Below are positions 25,979 to 38,768 of a stretch of 64,000 nucleotides of DNA, in pieces; within the stretch, counting starts at the first letter, position 1; every line of letters starts with the position of its first letter. This DNA comes from Ramazzottius varieornatus. Lineage: Eukaryota; Animalia; Tardigrada. Made by a program: the position numbers and the translations under genes. The DNA is taken from contig BDGG01000001.1 in NCBI GenBank assembly GCA_001949185.1, forward strand, positions 4,453,624-4,517,623, written 5' to 3'. The notes beneath the pieces are model-generated. The model ran no database searches, was not told where the DNA came from, and was given only the letters and a program-made list of their open reading frames with translations.

Positions 25979-28343
25979 ATGGTGGACGTTGTGGGACTTG
26001 TGGCTGTGATCGTCTTTTATCTTTTAATTTTGCTCGTGGGAATTTGGGCTGGAAAGAAGAATCGGAAAGGCAGCGATGGGAATACCAGCAGTGAGGAAGT
26101 CATGCTGGCGGGACGGAATATTGGCACTTTCGTCGGAATGTTCACTATGACTGGTAAATGAGACATCAGCAAATGGATTCGACCCCGATCGGTATCTCCA
26201 GTGGCGCATGTTGTCTATGTTATTGTGCCATTTAGGAAGGCGGTCTGGGTGAATTAATTTGCCGATGTTCCAAAAAAATTTCGCCCGTCGGACGAAACGA
26301 CTCGAATCACAGAGGGAGACACTGTATCGATGTTTCAGCTACTTGGGTTGGAGGAGGATACATTAACGGAACGGCCGAAGTGATTTTCCAAGGAGGACCC
26401 GGAAGTGGTTTGATATGGTGTCAAGCACCTTTCGGCTATGCAGGCAGTTTGATCATTGGTATACGGCAACTATGTATCATTTCTACGGAATGACATCCCG
26501 GCTTTGTCATTATCGTCCTAGTTTAGTGTGTTAACTGAAGGCGCGTATCATGTCTTTACAGCGGCTTACTTCTTCGTGGCCAAGATGCGCGAAGGAAACT
26601 ACGTCACAATGCTGGATCCATTCCACAAGAAATTTGGTGCCCGAATGGGCGGTCTCTTGTTTATTCCGGCAGTGCTGGGCGAACTGTTCTGGTCAGCGGC
26701 TATCTTGTCGGCACTTGGTGACTATTGGACATGAGTGTCGTAAAGCCACAAACGTCATTATCAGCAATTCACGTTTACTTAGGTGCAACAATCACGGTTA
26801 TTGTCGGGCTTGACGACATCTCATCGATTGTGGTCTCGGCGTGCATCGCCATTGTTTATACCATGTTTGGAGGTCTTTACAGTGTAGCATACACTGATGT
26901 CGTCCAGCTTATCTGTATCTTTGTCGGCCTGGTGAGTAGAACAAGGATTACTTCGGAAAACAAACATGACACACGACTGAAAACATGCTTACTTACAGTG
27001 GATATGCGTTCCCTTTGCACTGACCAACGAAAAAGTTGCCGATATCTCATCGACCTCACCCAGGTGGCTCGGAGAACTGGACGTCAGCGCGGTCGGAGTG
27101 TACATTGACAACTACCTGGTTCTTCTTTTGGGCGGCATTCCGTGGCAGGTACGACTGGTCATCCGCGTGACAAATAAACAACGAACACCTGGAAACCTTC
27201 TTACAGGCTTTGTTCCAACGAATTCTTTCTTCCAAGAGCACAGAGACCGCCATGAAAGTCACCTACGTGTCTGCTATGGGCTGCGCCATCATGTGCGTTC
27301 CTTCGATTCTGATCGGTGCAGTCGCTACATCTGCTGGTAATCCTCCCGAGCGCAACCTCTTTTCCACATCTGACCATTTCATCTCGCTCATCCCGGCTTT
27401 CTTTGCAGACTGGACCAACACGACGTTCGGAAGAATGCCTGGGGTGAACGGGTCGGACTATGAAGCTCGGCTGGTCCTTCCTCTGGTACTGCAGAACTTC
27501 ACGCCATCTGCTGTGGCCTTCATCGGCCTGGGCGCGGTTTCCGCGGCAGTTATGAGTTCGGCAGATTCTTCCGTACTCAGCGCCAGCTCCATGTTTTCCT
27601 GGAACATCTACAAAATGTTATGCCGCGAAAAGGTACAATCACTTCCACTGACCTTTGGAAATGCATTTCTGTTTATTTATCTGACTTCCGGGGTTGTCTA
27701 GGCTTCCGATCGAGAGATCTTGTGGGTGATGAAAGGCGCAGTGGTGGCCATGGGATTTCTCGCTGCCGGCTTGGCGATCCTCGTCCCCTCCGTCTACGGT
27801 CTGTACTTCCTGTGCTCGGACCTTGTCTACTGCATCCTCTTTCCCCAACTTGTCCTGGTTCTCTACTTCAAGGACGTCAACACGTACGGATCGCTGGCAG
27901 GATACCTGGTGGCCCTCGTACTACGGCTTCTGGCTGGGGAGCCCACCTTTGGTATCCCAGCTGCTGTTGGCTACTTCTACGTCGCCGACGATGGCTCCCA
28001 GCTATTCCCTTTTCGCACTTTCGCCATGTTGGTTAACCTGCTCACGACAGTCAGTGTCAGTTTACTTGCAAAATACCTCTTTGTTCAGCGAGAACTCCTG
28101 CCTATGGCGTGGGACGTGTTCCGGTGCTTCGTGCCGACCGACGAGCCGGAGCTTCGGCCACACAACCCTCTTTTCCTTCAAAAAGTGGCGGAAAGCCATA
28201 CGTCCGATGGCCAATGTTCACCAGGTCGTACTAGTTTAGACAAGGTGTCCGATATCAAATTCGGCGGTAAAGGAGTGAAGCATGAGGACCTCGGACTGAC
28301 CGACGGGAAGGGAACGTTCAACTATGGCTTTTCTCAGCTATAG
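25979..28343 (+). CDS. SLC5A7: High-affinity choline transporter
   Basis: [20 protein letters not shown]...FTMT|[67 protein letters not shown]. Confidence 0.96.
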
Positions 28344-28524
28344 ATCAAGAATCACTTTAGCCCCTGTCTCAAACCTGTATTTTATACGTTGCACACTTGT
28401 ACAGTTAGAACGTTATGTATGAGATGGCGGTTATCGTAATCATGTACAGTGTATACAGAATGAAGAAAATCTTTCGCATTGAAAGCTAAGGACAGAGAAA
28501 TCAATGTTTTCCTTACAATGGTTG

Positions 28525-29924
28525 TTAGTGAGCTTGCTCGTTGAGGTAATCACTGAACTTGGCAGGATCCGTGAAACGGATAGTAGCGATGTAGACGAGG
28601 ATGGGTATTGGAATGCAGCTCAAGAAGAAAAGAACCATGGGCATATGCCACAGCTCGGCCACAGAAACGACACCGAAAGCCAGGAAAGTCCAGTGCAGAA
28701 GTATGACGATAAAACTGTGTGGGTTCCCGAAAAGACCGCTGCATAACTTCGGAATGGTCTGGAATAAAACATGGCTTGTGCATTGTACATCTCACATTGC
28801 TCAGCGGAGAACCGTACCTGGTTAGGCATAACCGCACACTGGAAAGTGGAGCTAGTAATGGCTACTATCAAAACCACGTACGGAAAGTTGTAATCTGCAC
28901 ATGACAGCGACATATGACCATACTGTAGTGTAATCACGAACCAGAGACTATTGAACCTCCACTGAAGGCTCTATGCTTACTTACATAGCACACCAGCGAA
29001 GAAGGCATGGAGAACAAACAGGACCGGGTACTCGTATAGCGCGGCTAACGTAACGTTACGCGTCATTACGTCCCAGGCGATCATACGTGACATGACTGCA
29101 CGGAATACAAGGAGGAACACGAGAGAGAAGAAGTAATACACGAAGACCATCGAATACCTATACAAAAAGAAGAATCAACGTTCATATAACGTTGGCGAAT
29201 GCACTTTGGTCTTTTAGCAAGGGTCTTCTGATTGACTTACAAGGGATAAGTGACCTCCTGTGTACACCGTATGGAATAAGCATGATCGGGTATGGGGTTG
29301 AAGAGCCAGGTGTACCAGTCTCCCAGTTGGTGGACACCACAGGAAACCACGTTGAAGGCTCCGGACTTCCGGAACAGGAAAACGGAGATCACTGCTGAGA
29401 GAGCTGCTTCCAGTAGAGTGGAAACCAGTTGTGCTGCATACGCTCCACATTTCGTTCTGTGAAGTACGAGCATCCTCGTTCAAGAATCACGCAAAAATGT
29501 ATAACGGGATGGAATATGGACCTTACAGTCGGTGATGCCTGTAGATCGTGTCTATGACAGAGGCATGTAAGACAACCGGAAGTAGGGCCATGAAGGCCAG
29601 GTACATCCAGTCGTAATGCGCCAGGGGCTTGTTACACGGTACACAGTTGCTACTCTGGTCTGAGCGGTATCCTCTAGGGCATGCCTGGAACACAATTAAG
29701 AATAAGGACCCAAACATAACCTGGACAAGATGGCGCGCTGCGGATGTTAAGTTGTTAATAATTAAGCTGCATATTTGCATTATACCAAAGGGATGTCGTA
29801 CCGCGCATTCCGAGATGTGTCCATTATGGCCGACTGTTCTTCCGCAATACGGACTCAGACAAAGCTCGGTTGCCGTCGAGAGGATAACATGTCGGATTGG
29901 GTAGGAAAAGTTCTGCAGTGCCAT
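28525..29924 (-). CDS. JKAMP: JNK1/MAPK8-associated membrane protein
   Basis: YCGR...C|ACPRGYRS...C.PC, YDWMYLAFMALLP, DWYT..FNP...CTQEVTYPL|YSMVF, YNFPY, C-terminal RFTDP. Confidence 0.9.
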
Positions 29925-30189
29925 GGCGTCGGGGCAATGCACTGGGATCGTTCAGCAGAGGATGTCGTTCGCAGGCGGGGTCTTCTGCAGATGTTTCAGC
30001 CAAAAAGTGTCGAGCACTTTCCAGTAGGTCCCCCTCTCTACAGCGAAATTCTTCCGACCCCTGAAACTCAATCTGTCATACCTTCGAGACTTGTAACCTG
30101 CAAAAGGATCAGGAATGCAAGAAGATGCTAAGAGAGGAGCAAAGCTAAATTCCAGAAGAATTCCTCAGTATGACTGTATACTACTTATT

Positions 30190-30217
30190 CATCATGGTAT
30201 GACATGACATGACATGG
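30190..30217. promoter_or_regulatory. Candidate (ACATG)n promoter element in the JKAMP/ALG12 bidirectional promoter
   Basis: CATCATGGTATGACATGACATGACATGG; similar tracts lie upstream of RNF7/ADSL, the scramblase and Ku70. Confidence 0.45.
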
Positions 30218-30411
30218 TGCAAAACTGTGAAAGCATCATTAAGCTTTCTGGAGAATATCCGCCGGAAGTTCTGTTTATTTGCTGTTCCGGTCGCAGATCC
30301 CACGATCCGCGCTCGGTCTACTAACCCCGAGGTCGCGAATACATTGCTTGAAAAGCAGCGGGATCTGCCAGTGATGGTTGTTGGCCAATGGTATTATGAG
30401 CAGCTGTGAAA

Positions 30412-32305
30412 ATGAAGTTTTCGTCGAATTTAGACTACTTGGTGCTTGCGGTGATGGGGTTCTACCTGGCCACATGCCCGTGGACAAGAGTGGAGGAAAG
30501 CTTTAACACTCAGGCTATACATGACATCTTGTTCCTGGGACCGAAACTTAGCGAGGTGAGTCGGAGCGTCACTGCGAAAATGCATTAAACAACATACAAT
30601 ACTGTTCGCTTCTTACAGTACGATCATCAAGAGTTTCCAGGAGTTGTTCCACGCTCTTTCCTAGGATCCGCTGCAGTGGCCGCTTTCAGCCTTGTCCCAA
30701 AAACGATTGCGGTCGATGCATTGAGAGCTAGCAAGGTCATCTGTCTATTTATCGGTGAGTTTCGGTCCGGGGAAACATTATAGTTAGCCACTTCCGGTTG
30801 CTTGTAAGTTGTAGCTTCTTTGTTTCCCATTAGCTCGTTCGGCACTTGGATTGTCCGTCTTCTTCACATTCCGAAGTCTCGTTCGCTGTATCCGGATCAA
30901 CTATGGCAAGGACGTGGGGAACTGGTTGGTCTTTATCACCGTCTCGCAGTTCCATTTCCTTTTTTACGCGACGAGGTTCCTTCCGAACATGTTCGCTGTA
31001 CCGTTAGGTATATTATGTCCATCTGATAAGTTCGTTAACCATGCAAACTGCTCTCATAAATCTTTTTGTTTGCAGTTTTGATGGCAACCACAGCGTGGAT
31101 GTACGGTGACGACAAGAGAATGATCAAGTACGCTTGTCTGGCGATGATCATATTCCGCTCCGAGCTCTGCCTGCTCTTCGGACCCATGCTGCTAATCTCC
31201 TTGTACCAACGTACGATCTCCGTTCCGACAGCAGTTTTCCACGGGCTGAAGAACGTCTCCATCGCCCTTGCGTTGACCATCATTATCGACTCGTACTTCT
31301 GGAGAAGGCCACTGTGGCCGGAAGGGGAAGTCTTGTGGTTTAACACAGTCAAAAATCAAAGCTCCAACTGGGGTGTAAGTATCTTGCTGGTATCCAATAT
31401 TTTAACTTCCGTTTGCATATTACGCGTCATTTTTTTCAGACGTCGCCGTACCTTTGGTATTTCTACTCCGTCATTCCGCGGTTACTGCTGGCCAGTTCAC
31501 CGCTCTGTCTGTATGGGGTTGCCGTAAACCGTAGCATACGGATTTTTTTACTTCCGTTCCTCACCTTCGTCGCGCTGTACTCATTCCTTCCCCACAAAGA
31601 GCTGCGGTTCATAATCTACACAGCACCCGTCTTAAATTTCAGTGCTGCAGTTAGCTGTGCCCTTCTGTGAGCTTATATTTCTTTTCAAAAGTGTTGCTTT
31701 CTCTATACTTTTGACCCAGTTTCCTCTATTGACTGTGATGTTGTTTACAGGTGGAAGCAGCGGTCATCTTTGCTGAAGTTGATAGTCGTATCTCACATTG
31801 GACTGAACATCATTCTGAGTCTTCTATTCCTTTCGATTTCTTCTCGCAACTACTCCGGAGGGGATGCTTTGTACCGGTTACATCAGCTGGAAAGTCCGAA
31901 GACTGACGTCCATGTCTTCCTCGACAACTTCAGCCTGCAGAACGGAATCAGCAGATTTCTCCACCTCAACCACAACTGGGTGTAAGTCACGTTTCTAGCT
32001 CGCGTTCCTTTGTGAGAAGAAGTTTGGAAAATGCATATCTTTTCGTTTGCAGATACGACAAGTCCGACGCTGTTAGCTTCGCAAGCCCCACGGACTTCGG
32101 GTCCTTCACGCACGTTATAGCGGAAGCGAAGTACCAGCAGAACTTGTTCACTCGCGGTTTCGAACACATGGAGTCCTTCTATTCTTTCTCCCATTTCAAT
32201 AAAACCATTCCTCGGTTGAACGACCTTGTAACGTTCAACTGGAACCCATTCATATGGACCGAAAGGCTACATTTGTGGCGCCGGTCTCAAACTAGAAGTT
32301 TCTGA
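30412..32305 (+). CDS. ALG12: Dol-P-Man alpha-1,6-mannosyltransferase
   Basis: [89 protein letters not shown]. Confidence 0.95.
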
Positions 32306-32653
32306 ATGGCCATTGTGGGCTGTTCCTTGTCAGTACGGTACTCTTGTGATTTTTACCTCAGCTCATTTCACGGTTCATGTACCTACTTGGATTTCTTGTT
32401 TTACTTGTGTTATTCTTTTAAATGGAACCAATCGATAAGTCTTTCAGTTAAAAACAGTCATCATCAAGAAAGAAAACATCAACCATCAAATAACGCAGTC
32501 ACAGTCATCATTGAACAGGGAGAAAAGCTCTTTGGTCCAAAAAATAGAAAGCTCCAAGTCACAAATACTGGCTGGAATGCTGGGACAATGCAAGTAAAAG
32601 ATCATTCAACAAAATACCGATATAAAGAGAACCGGGATCAGAAACTGCACTAC

Positions 32654-35600
32654 TCATGCAAAGTCCTCCAGTTTGTCGTTGAGTCTTCTGAGGTTCGGCG
32701 TCCATGACCGGGAAGGAAGAGAATGATTTCTGAAGGATGTTGCAGAATGCGCGCGTCCAACATGTTGAAGGTACTGGACTGGTCGATGTGTCCGCCGACC
32801 GGAAGTGTTGCTCCGAGCAGGATGATTCTGCGCGAAGACACTGGTTGGTGAGTAACCGGGGGGCCTAAAGTCGATCATGGGAGGAATCTGGAAAGCTTGT
32901 CGGGAAGCATTCAAGTAGCGAACTGGCATGGACGGCAGAAAAATGGATCCATACGGAGGCGGATTCTGAGGTGGCATCATCTGTTGAACCGGAGGCATCG
33001 GCTGCAAGAAATCGAGCACTTGAGTAGAGCAAACAACAACTAAGTACAATACGACTTCCGGTTCTCCGGTGCAGACCTGAGTAAGGCAGTATCACCGCAC
33101 AGAACCGCGCTGCAGCTGTCAACCGCGGCACAACCCTAAGCACTACGTTATCGTAATACAGGGCCGTGCTCAAACAAAACTACTCAAATTTTGTCAAAAT
33201 ACCTGGAACGAAGGCGCTGGGACACCGTCCGAAGGCCACCGACCGCCGAAGCTCAGAGTAAAATTGTATCTCATAGGAACTGGCTGAAACGGTACGGGAA
33301 CCATTCTCGGACGAACGCTGTTTGCTGCAGCGAAAGAGCTGAGCGGCATCTGAGAGGGAGGAAGAACCACTCTGTTGTCGGTTGGGTGCCACATGAGGGC
33401 TGCTGCCTGCGGGAGCGGTTGAGCAGGAGGTAGCAGTATCATGCGTTCGGGCTTTGGTGGCGCCAGAAGAAGACCTGTTGGTGGGATGGAGCCTCCGCGA
33501 GGTCGAACCATGCGTCCAAGTTGAGAAGGCGTGGTGGGCGCCGGCGTCTGCACTATAGGCGATCGTTTCGAGCAGGCGACCTCATGCAGAGCCCCTTGAT
33601 GCATCTCTCCGACAAAGGATATCAGAAGGTATTGACGGTCGGAGACGGTGAGGTGCTCCATCTTCAGAACACCGTCGAAAAGTGACTCTGTCGACCCCAC
33701 GATTGTCAGAATCCGCTGGAAACAGAACAAACCAGCCCCCATCAGTTTATTACGTTACAATATCAACTTGTTAAAAACCGTTTCACTATCGGCGTATCAA
33801 TGTCTATTTTAGTTGGGTGTTCAACAGACAGATTCGACAATATCATTTCCCCAAGTGGCGCACATTCTCTGTACTGTTGATCGGAATGTGCGCCACTTTC
33901 AAACACAGTCCTGTCCCATTGGTTCTTGTTTCTGTTTGTACGGGTCTACCTCGGCTCCAATGTGTCTGGCTAACAGGAAGGAGCAACACGGTGTGGGCAG
34001 GTAGTAAAAGTCAGCGACAGCGTCAAGCGTGATGTTCTTGAAGACTTCGAAGCGTTGTTCTGTCCACTTCAACGCCAAGGAACTCTTGGGGCACTGTGGA
34101 TGAAATTTGGACTTCTTTGAAATCGCCACGAACATGCCCAGTTCCTGCTTGTTATTGGTATATAGGTCGACACCGTAAACATCACATAGCGGGATGGCTT
34201 GAAGTAGCTCCAAACTCCAGTCACCACTCCCCTCTGGAAAAGAATATGCAAGTAGATAATTTCGACCACGTTCTTCGGTACGATACTGTGAGACTTCAGC
34301 CTACGGTGTACCTGTTGGACGTACACAGTAAATCAAAGTGTCAAATGGTACATCATCCTTCCCATTAGTCTTCTGGGCAAACACATGGACCTGACAGTCT
34401 CGACTCCGGAACGTGACAACAGAGACCGCGTTCTCCGTTGGTACCGTCAGGACCTTTCGAACTGCCCGAGTTTTGGGACTCCATATCCGAATAGAACTGG
34501 TTTAGAAAGGGTCAGCATGAAGCAAACTCTTGTTCAGGCTTTGGTGGAAAGGGATCTTACCTGTGGACTTCCTTGTCCGTTGTGCCGGACAAAGCGGTCG
34601 ACGCAGCAAACGCGAAGATGGCGTGGTTCTCGACACAGGAAATACTCACATCGGCAACACCACGCGCTGAAGACAGCTGGCTGTTATGGGCGATCACATA
34701 CTTCTCACCGGAAGGATCTTTGTCATCGTGCTTGAAGACCAGCAGTTGAGGTTCCGAAGTGATGCCGTCCTTGGTCAAGAGGACCACCAAATACGCTTCC
34801 CTGTCGCTACAAACGCCGGCCTGTCAAGACAAACGCTGATGAGAGGAAAAAGTCCACGAAATTTGCTAGAATAATTGGGGTAAATGGTTTGAGGGTTTAC
34901 CTTAATCTCTAAAGCGGAATGCGTGATTCTGGTACAGGCCATCATGTGGAAGTGCAGAACGTCGTTGACGACTTCAATCTTATGAACCTCCACTGTGGAG
35001 AATCTCCCGTTGAAGAATGAAATCTTGGCGAGGTAGGTCCAACCGGCAAGGACAAAATGGGTAAAAATCCCCTTGGTTGGTTCATTCTGAGCGTGAATTG
35101 GACTGACAGAGATGCTGCAGGTCTTGGCCTCTGAAAGGAGCATCGCATAGTATCAGATGGACTACCAAGTTTCGATGGATGTTCGCTGGGTTTGAAGCGG
35201 TTACTTACCAAACGTGAAGCGGTTACTCTCGGTTGGATGCTTGTCTTGCCATGGAACTGCCAAAAGTTGTGCTCTTTCTTTCTTCATGGAAGACTGTCCG
35301 CCACATACCGAGGCCAACAAAAGTGCCAAAAACGGGAGAAAATAATAAAAAACCTGCAAAATACAGTACTGTAAGGAAATCAAAATTGATATCGTCAAAT
35401 TGTCGTGTCCGAAAACAGTAGGCACGGGTCTACCGTCAACAAGCAAAAAGCACGAGCCTACCTTTGGCAAAAACTGGGACTTCCTGGAAGATAAAGCTCC
35501 GAATCGCATCTCTGAAGTATGTGGGAAGATACTTGGACAATCTTCGTCGAGATGACCGCTGGCCGTCAATGACCGAATGTGCTGCGCCACACAAAGCCGA

Positions 35601-35683
35601 TCACAATCTTCCTTCACCGTGACTACCTTCGCAAGGGGTCGGTACACACGTGCCTGAAGATACTGATAGAAGAAGATGTCCAT
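32654..35683 (-). CDS. Unidentified multi-exon protein with a beta-rich middle and a Pro-rich C-terminus; boundaries uncertain
   Basis: Series of minus-strand open segments flanked by GT/AG (e.g. ...ALEIK|AGVCSDREAYLVVLL..., ...ELLQAIPLCDV..., PPKPERMILLPPAQPLP, QPMPPVQQMMPP). No family recognised and the 5' end could not be resolved. Confidence 0.45.
33852..33899. repeat. Palindrome family A core
   Basis: CAAGTGGCGCAC-N24-GTGCGCCACTTT in a probable intron of the unidentified gene. Confidence 0.8.
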
Positions 35684-36116
35684 GCATGTCCGGAGCGCGA
35701 TCTAAACGCCAATATTCTTCAGGCTTCAGCGCTTGCGATCCAAGATGTAGGTCCAAAAGCAGATCCCACAAACCAAAATTCTGGATGAATAGCTTGGGTT
35801 GATCTCACCTGTCACATCCAGATAACCCAATTTCCAGAAACGAAAAAGAATCCAGGTGGAACAGTAGAGCAGGACGGAATATTCCCGTAAGGATTGAACT
35901 CCTTTTGATCCGGAAATCATGGACCCAAGAAGTGGAGCTGGAAGAAGGAAACGATTGAAGATATTAGTCAGGTGAAACAAGTGGATGACATGACAACATG
36001 ACAATGAGATTTTGAGGCCGAACCAGCCGGGATGCCCCTGGAGCTGAGAATTATTTCGAGCCGCGACCCTCACTGGCCCCATGGCGGCTGGCGCTATAAA
36101 ATCCTTGCTACTTTAA

Positions 36117-36310
36117 AGTGCCAATGATGCGGGACAGGTTTGGGTCCGGGTGCGTGTAAAAAGACCGCGCGGATGGTGGGTGAAATATCTGGTCAACGTG
36201 TATTGATCAGCTGATCGCTATAACATGACACATAGAAGAATCCCCCCGGCGCGTACCGGGGGGATTCTTTACGCGGACCCGGACCAATCTTGTCCCAACT
36301 CATTGGCACT
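36117..36310. mobile_element. MITE with TTAA target duplication and AG...CT ends (Kolobok-like)
   Basis: TTAA|AGTGCCAATGA..GGGACA...GGTCCGGGT ... ACCCGGACC...TGTCCC..TCATTGGCACT|TTAA. Internal hairpin AAGAATCCCCCCGG-N6-CCGGGGGGATTCTT at about 36236-36269. Confidence 0.72.
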
Positions 36311-36601
36311 TTAAAGTATAAAATTACGAGCGAATCACCTCGTAGCGAAAATTTTCAGATTTCCTTTATGATTCTCCCTTCCTCGACCAGTCAGTTGACT
36401 TATTTCCAAGGAAGTCTTTCATTCTCGGTTGCTAATCTTCAAACAACGTAGCGGAGCCGTACTGCGGGAGCGTTGATCAGTCAAAGATCCAAGGTCTCGT
36501 TCCAAAAAGAGAGGTAAGACTGATTCCGTAGAGCAGGTTGAAAGCATATTGCTCATTTATTTGGTATTTTGGCGGCTCAGCAGTCCACTTCTGCTGCGAG
36601 A

Positions 36602-38093
36602 ATGGGCTCTCTCAAGAAGGACTTAAAGAAGTACTATAACTCCGACAACTTGTACGAATTGTTCAACATCGAGCGGTCTGCAAGCAGTGATGAAGGTAGG
36701 CTGATCAGTATGAATTTTCTTGTGTGTGCTGATGATTGGACTCTATCGTCCTTCTTGTTCTAGTGAAGAAAGCATACCGGAAGCTAGCGTTGAAGACACA
36801 TCCAGACCGGGTGGCAGAAGATGACAAGAAGACGGCAACGCTGAAATTTCAACTTGTTGGAAAGGTTTACTCAATCCTCGCAGACGAGAAGAAGCGTCGA
36901 GACTACGACAAAAATGGTAAGTCAGCTTTAGAGTCTCAGCTCCTGTAGTATGTAGAATAGTAGGGATAGTTCACAAGTTGTTTGGACTGTGATGGTTAGA
37001 GAAGTTACGATCCTTCTGTAGGTGTCGTCAGCGATGACTTGCTCACCGACAAAGTGTCCGATTGGACAGCTTATTTCGCCAATATGTTCCAGAAGGTGGA
37101 TTCAACCAGTATCGAGCAGTTCGAGAAAGATTATATTGGTAAGTAAGTTTTACAGGATATCTCGGCAGATTGTGATTGTCGTGATCGACTGGTTTTTTGA
37201 GACGAGCAAATGCTCCAGTAAATGACCGTTCTCGTTTGTGGCTAGGTTCGAACGAAGAGAAGGCTGACTTACAGAAGTTCTATCTGAGGTTCAAAGGGGA
37301 CATGAACAAGATTATGGAATACCTCATTGGTTATACATTTGAGAGTGAAGAGCGCTACCGCCGGATCATCCAGGAACTGATTAAGTCCAAAGATGTCCCG
37401 GAGTACGACGCATTCACAAAGGAGAGCGCCAAGTCCATTGCGGCTCGTCGTAAGAAGGTACTTGTGTATATCAGTTGCCACGCCGCCCTCATCTTCCTAA
37501 AGTGGAACTATCGTATGATTTCTGTATGTTCTGGTCCGTTATGTGTCTCCCATTTGAGATCTTTCTGTTTATAGTGCAACGCCGAAGCCAGAGCCGCCAA
37601 GAAGGTGCTAGAAGGCTGGAAGAAAGAAGGCCAGCCCAAGTCCTCGGGAGCTGGGGATGTTGATCTCGTGGCCATGATACAGTCACGTCAGAAGGGCCGA
37701 GCCGCTCTGGCTGACGATATGCTCAAGAAGTACGAGAAGAAAGGGAGCAAGAAAGGGAAGGGTCAGAAAGAGGACAGCGAAGACGACGGAAAGTTGTTAT
37801 CCGGAGACGACATTGAAAGTGATGAAGACGTTGACGAGAATGGCGACACCGAGTCCGACTCCGATGCAGCCGGAAGTGGAAGTGGTGACAGTGAATCGGA
37901 TGCCGAATCGTCCGCCGCATCGTCGGACGATCAGGACAGTAAGGCGTTTTGTGTTAAGTGCATACTCTAATTACTTGTCTTTGTTTCGAAATATCTCTTG
38001 TTTGCAGATGAGGTAGCCAAAAAAGCTCCGGCCAAGAAGTCGAAGATGCCTACAAAATCCGCTCCAGCTGCCAAACGTCCACGACGAAAGTGA
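36602..38093 (+). CDS. DNAJC9: DnaJ homolog subfamily C member 9
   Basis: J domain with HPD (KKAYRKLALKTHPDRV...KFQLVGKVYSIL), DWTAYF, Y.|GSNEEKADL, EERYRRII...VPEYDAFTKE, LVAMIQSRQ. Confidence 0.92.
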
Positions 38094-38768
38094 CCGTTTG
38101 ACTTACATTCCTTCGTGGCTTTTTTCCATATAGACTGAATAATGTGGGGGAGCTTCGCTTGGGGATTTGCTTCCTTTGGGTTTTTTCTTTAGTCTTGATC
38201 CTTTCAGAAAGCTTTTAAGTTCAACCCTTGGGCCGCGATCAGTTTGTCGTCGGCGCTCTGTAGCCAAGTTGCTTTTTATACTGTACTCGGAGTCTTTTAT
38301 ATCAGTTTATGATGAAATAAAATGCCGAAGTAATGTTTTGGTTGTTTTCTGAGGTCTAAACTCCAAAGTGGCTGACGGACTACGATTTTGAATGTGAGGA
38401 GCGTCCTGAGGTCCAGTCAGGGTATGTTATGTTATGTTATATCATGTCATGTGTACTGTGACAAGTTTGTATCTGCTTGCATGACATCATTCATTCACGA
38501 TTCACCGCGGTTTATCTTAATGTCATTTCCGGTTGAAGCTTGTTTCCATTTTCTCTCCTGGGCCAAGAAATTCTTCTTCCTCAGTCTGCTATATCTTCCA
38601 GCGTAGACGACTGGATAGCTGTCGCTCTATCGGTAGCGCTTGTGCTGAGCTCCGTTACGCTGAACTTTACGAGGTAGGTGGCATGAAGAATCACGCAAAA
38701 TTGTTCTGTTTTGTGACATCTCCTTCGCAGGGTATCCTTCCCGAGTTCATCCAGTTCATCCAGCCAGG

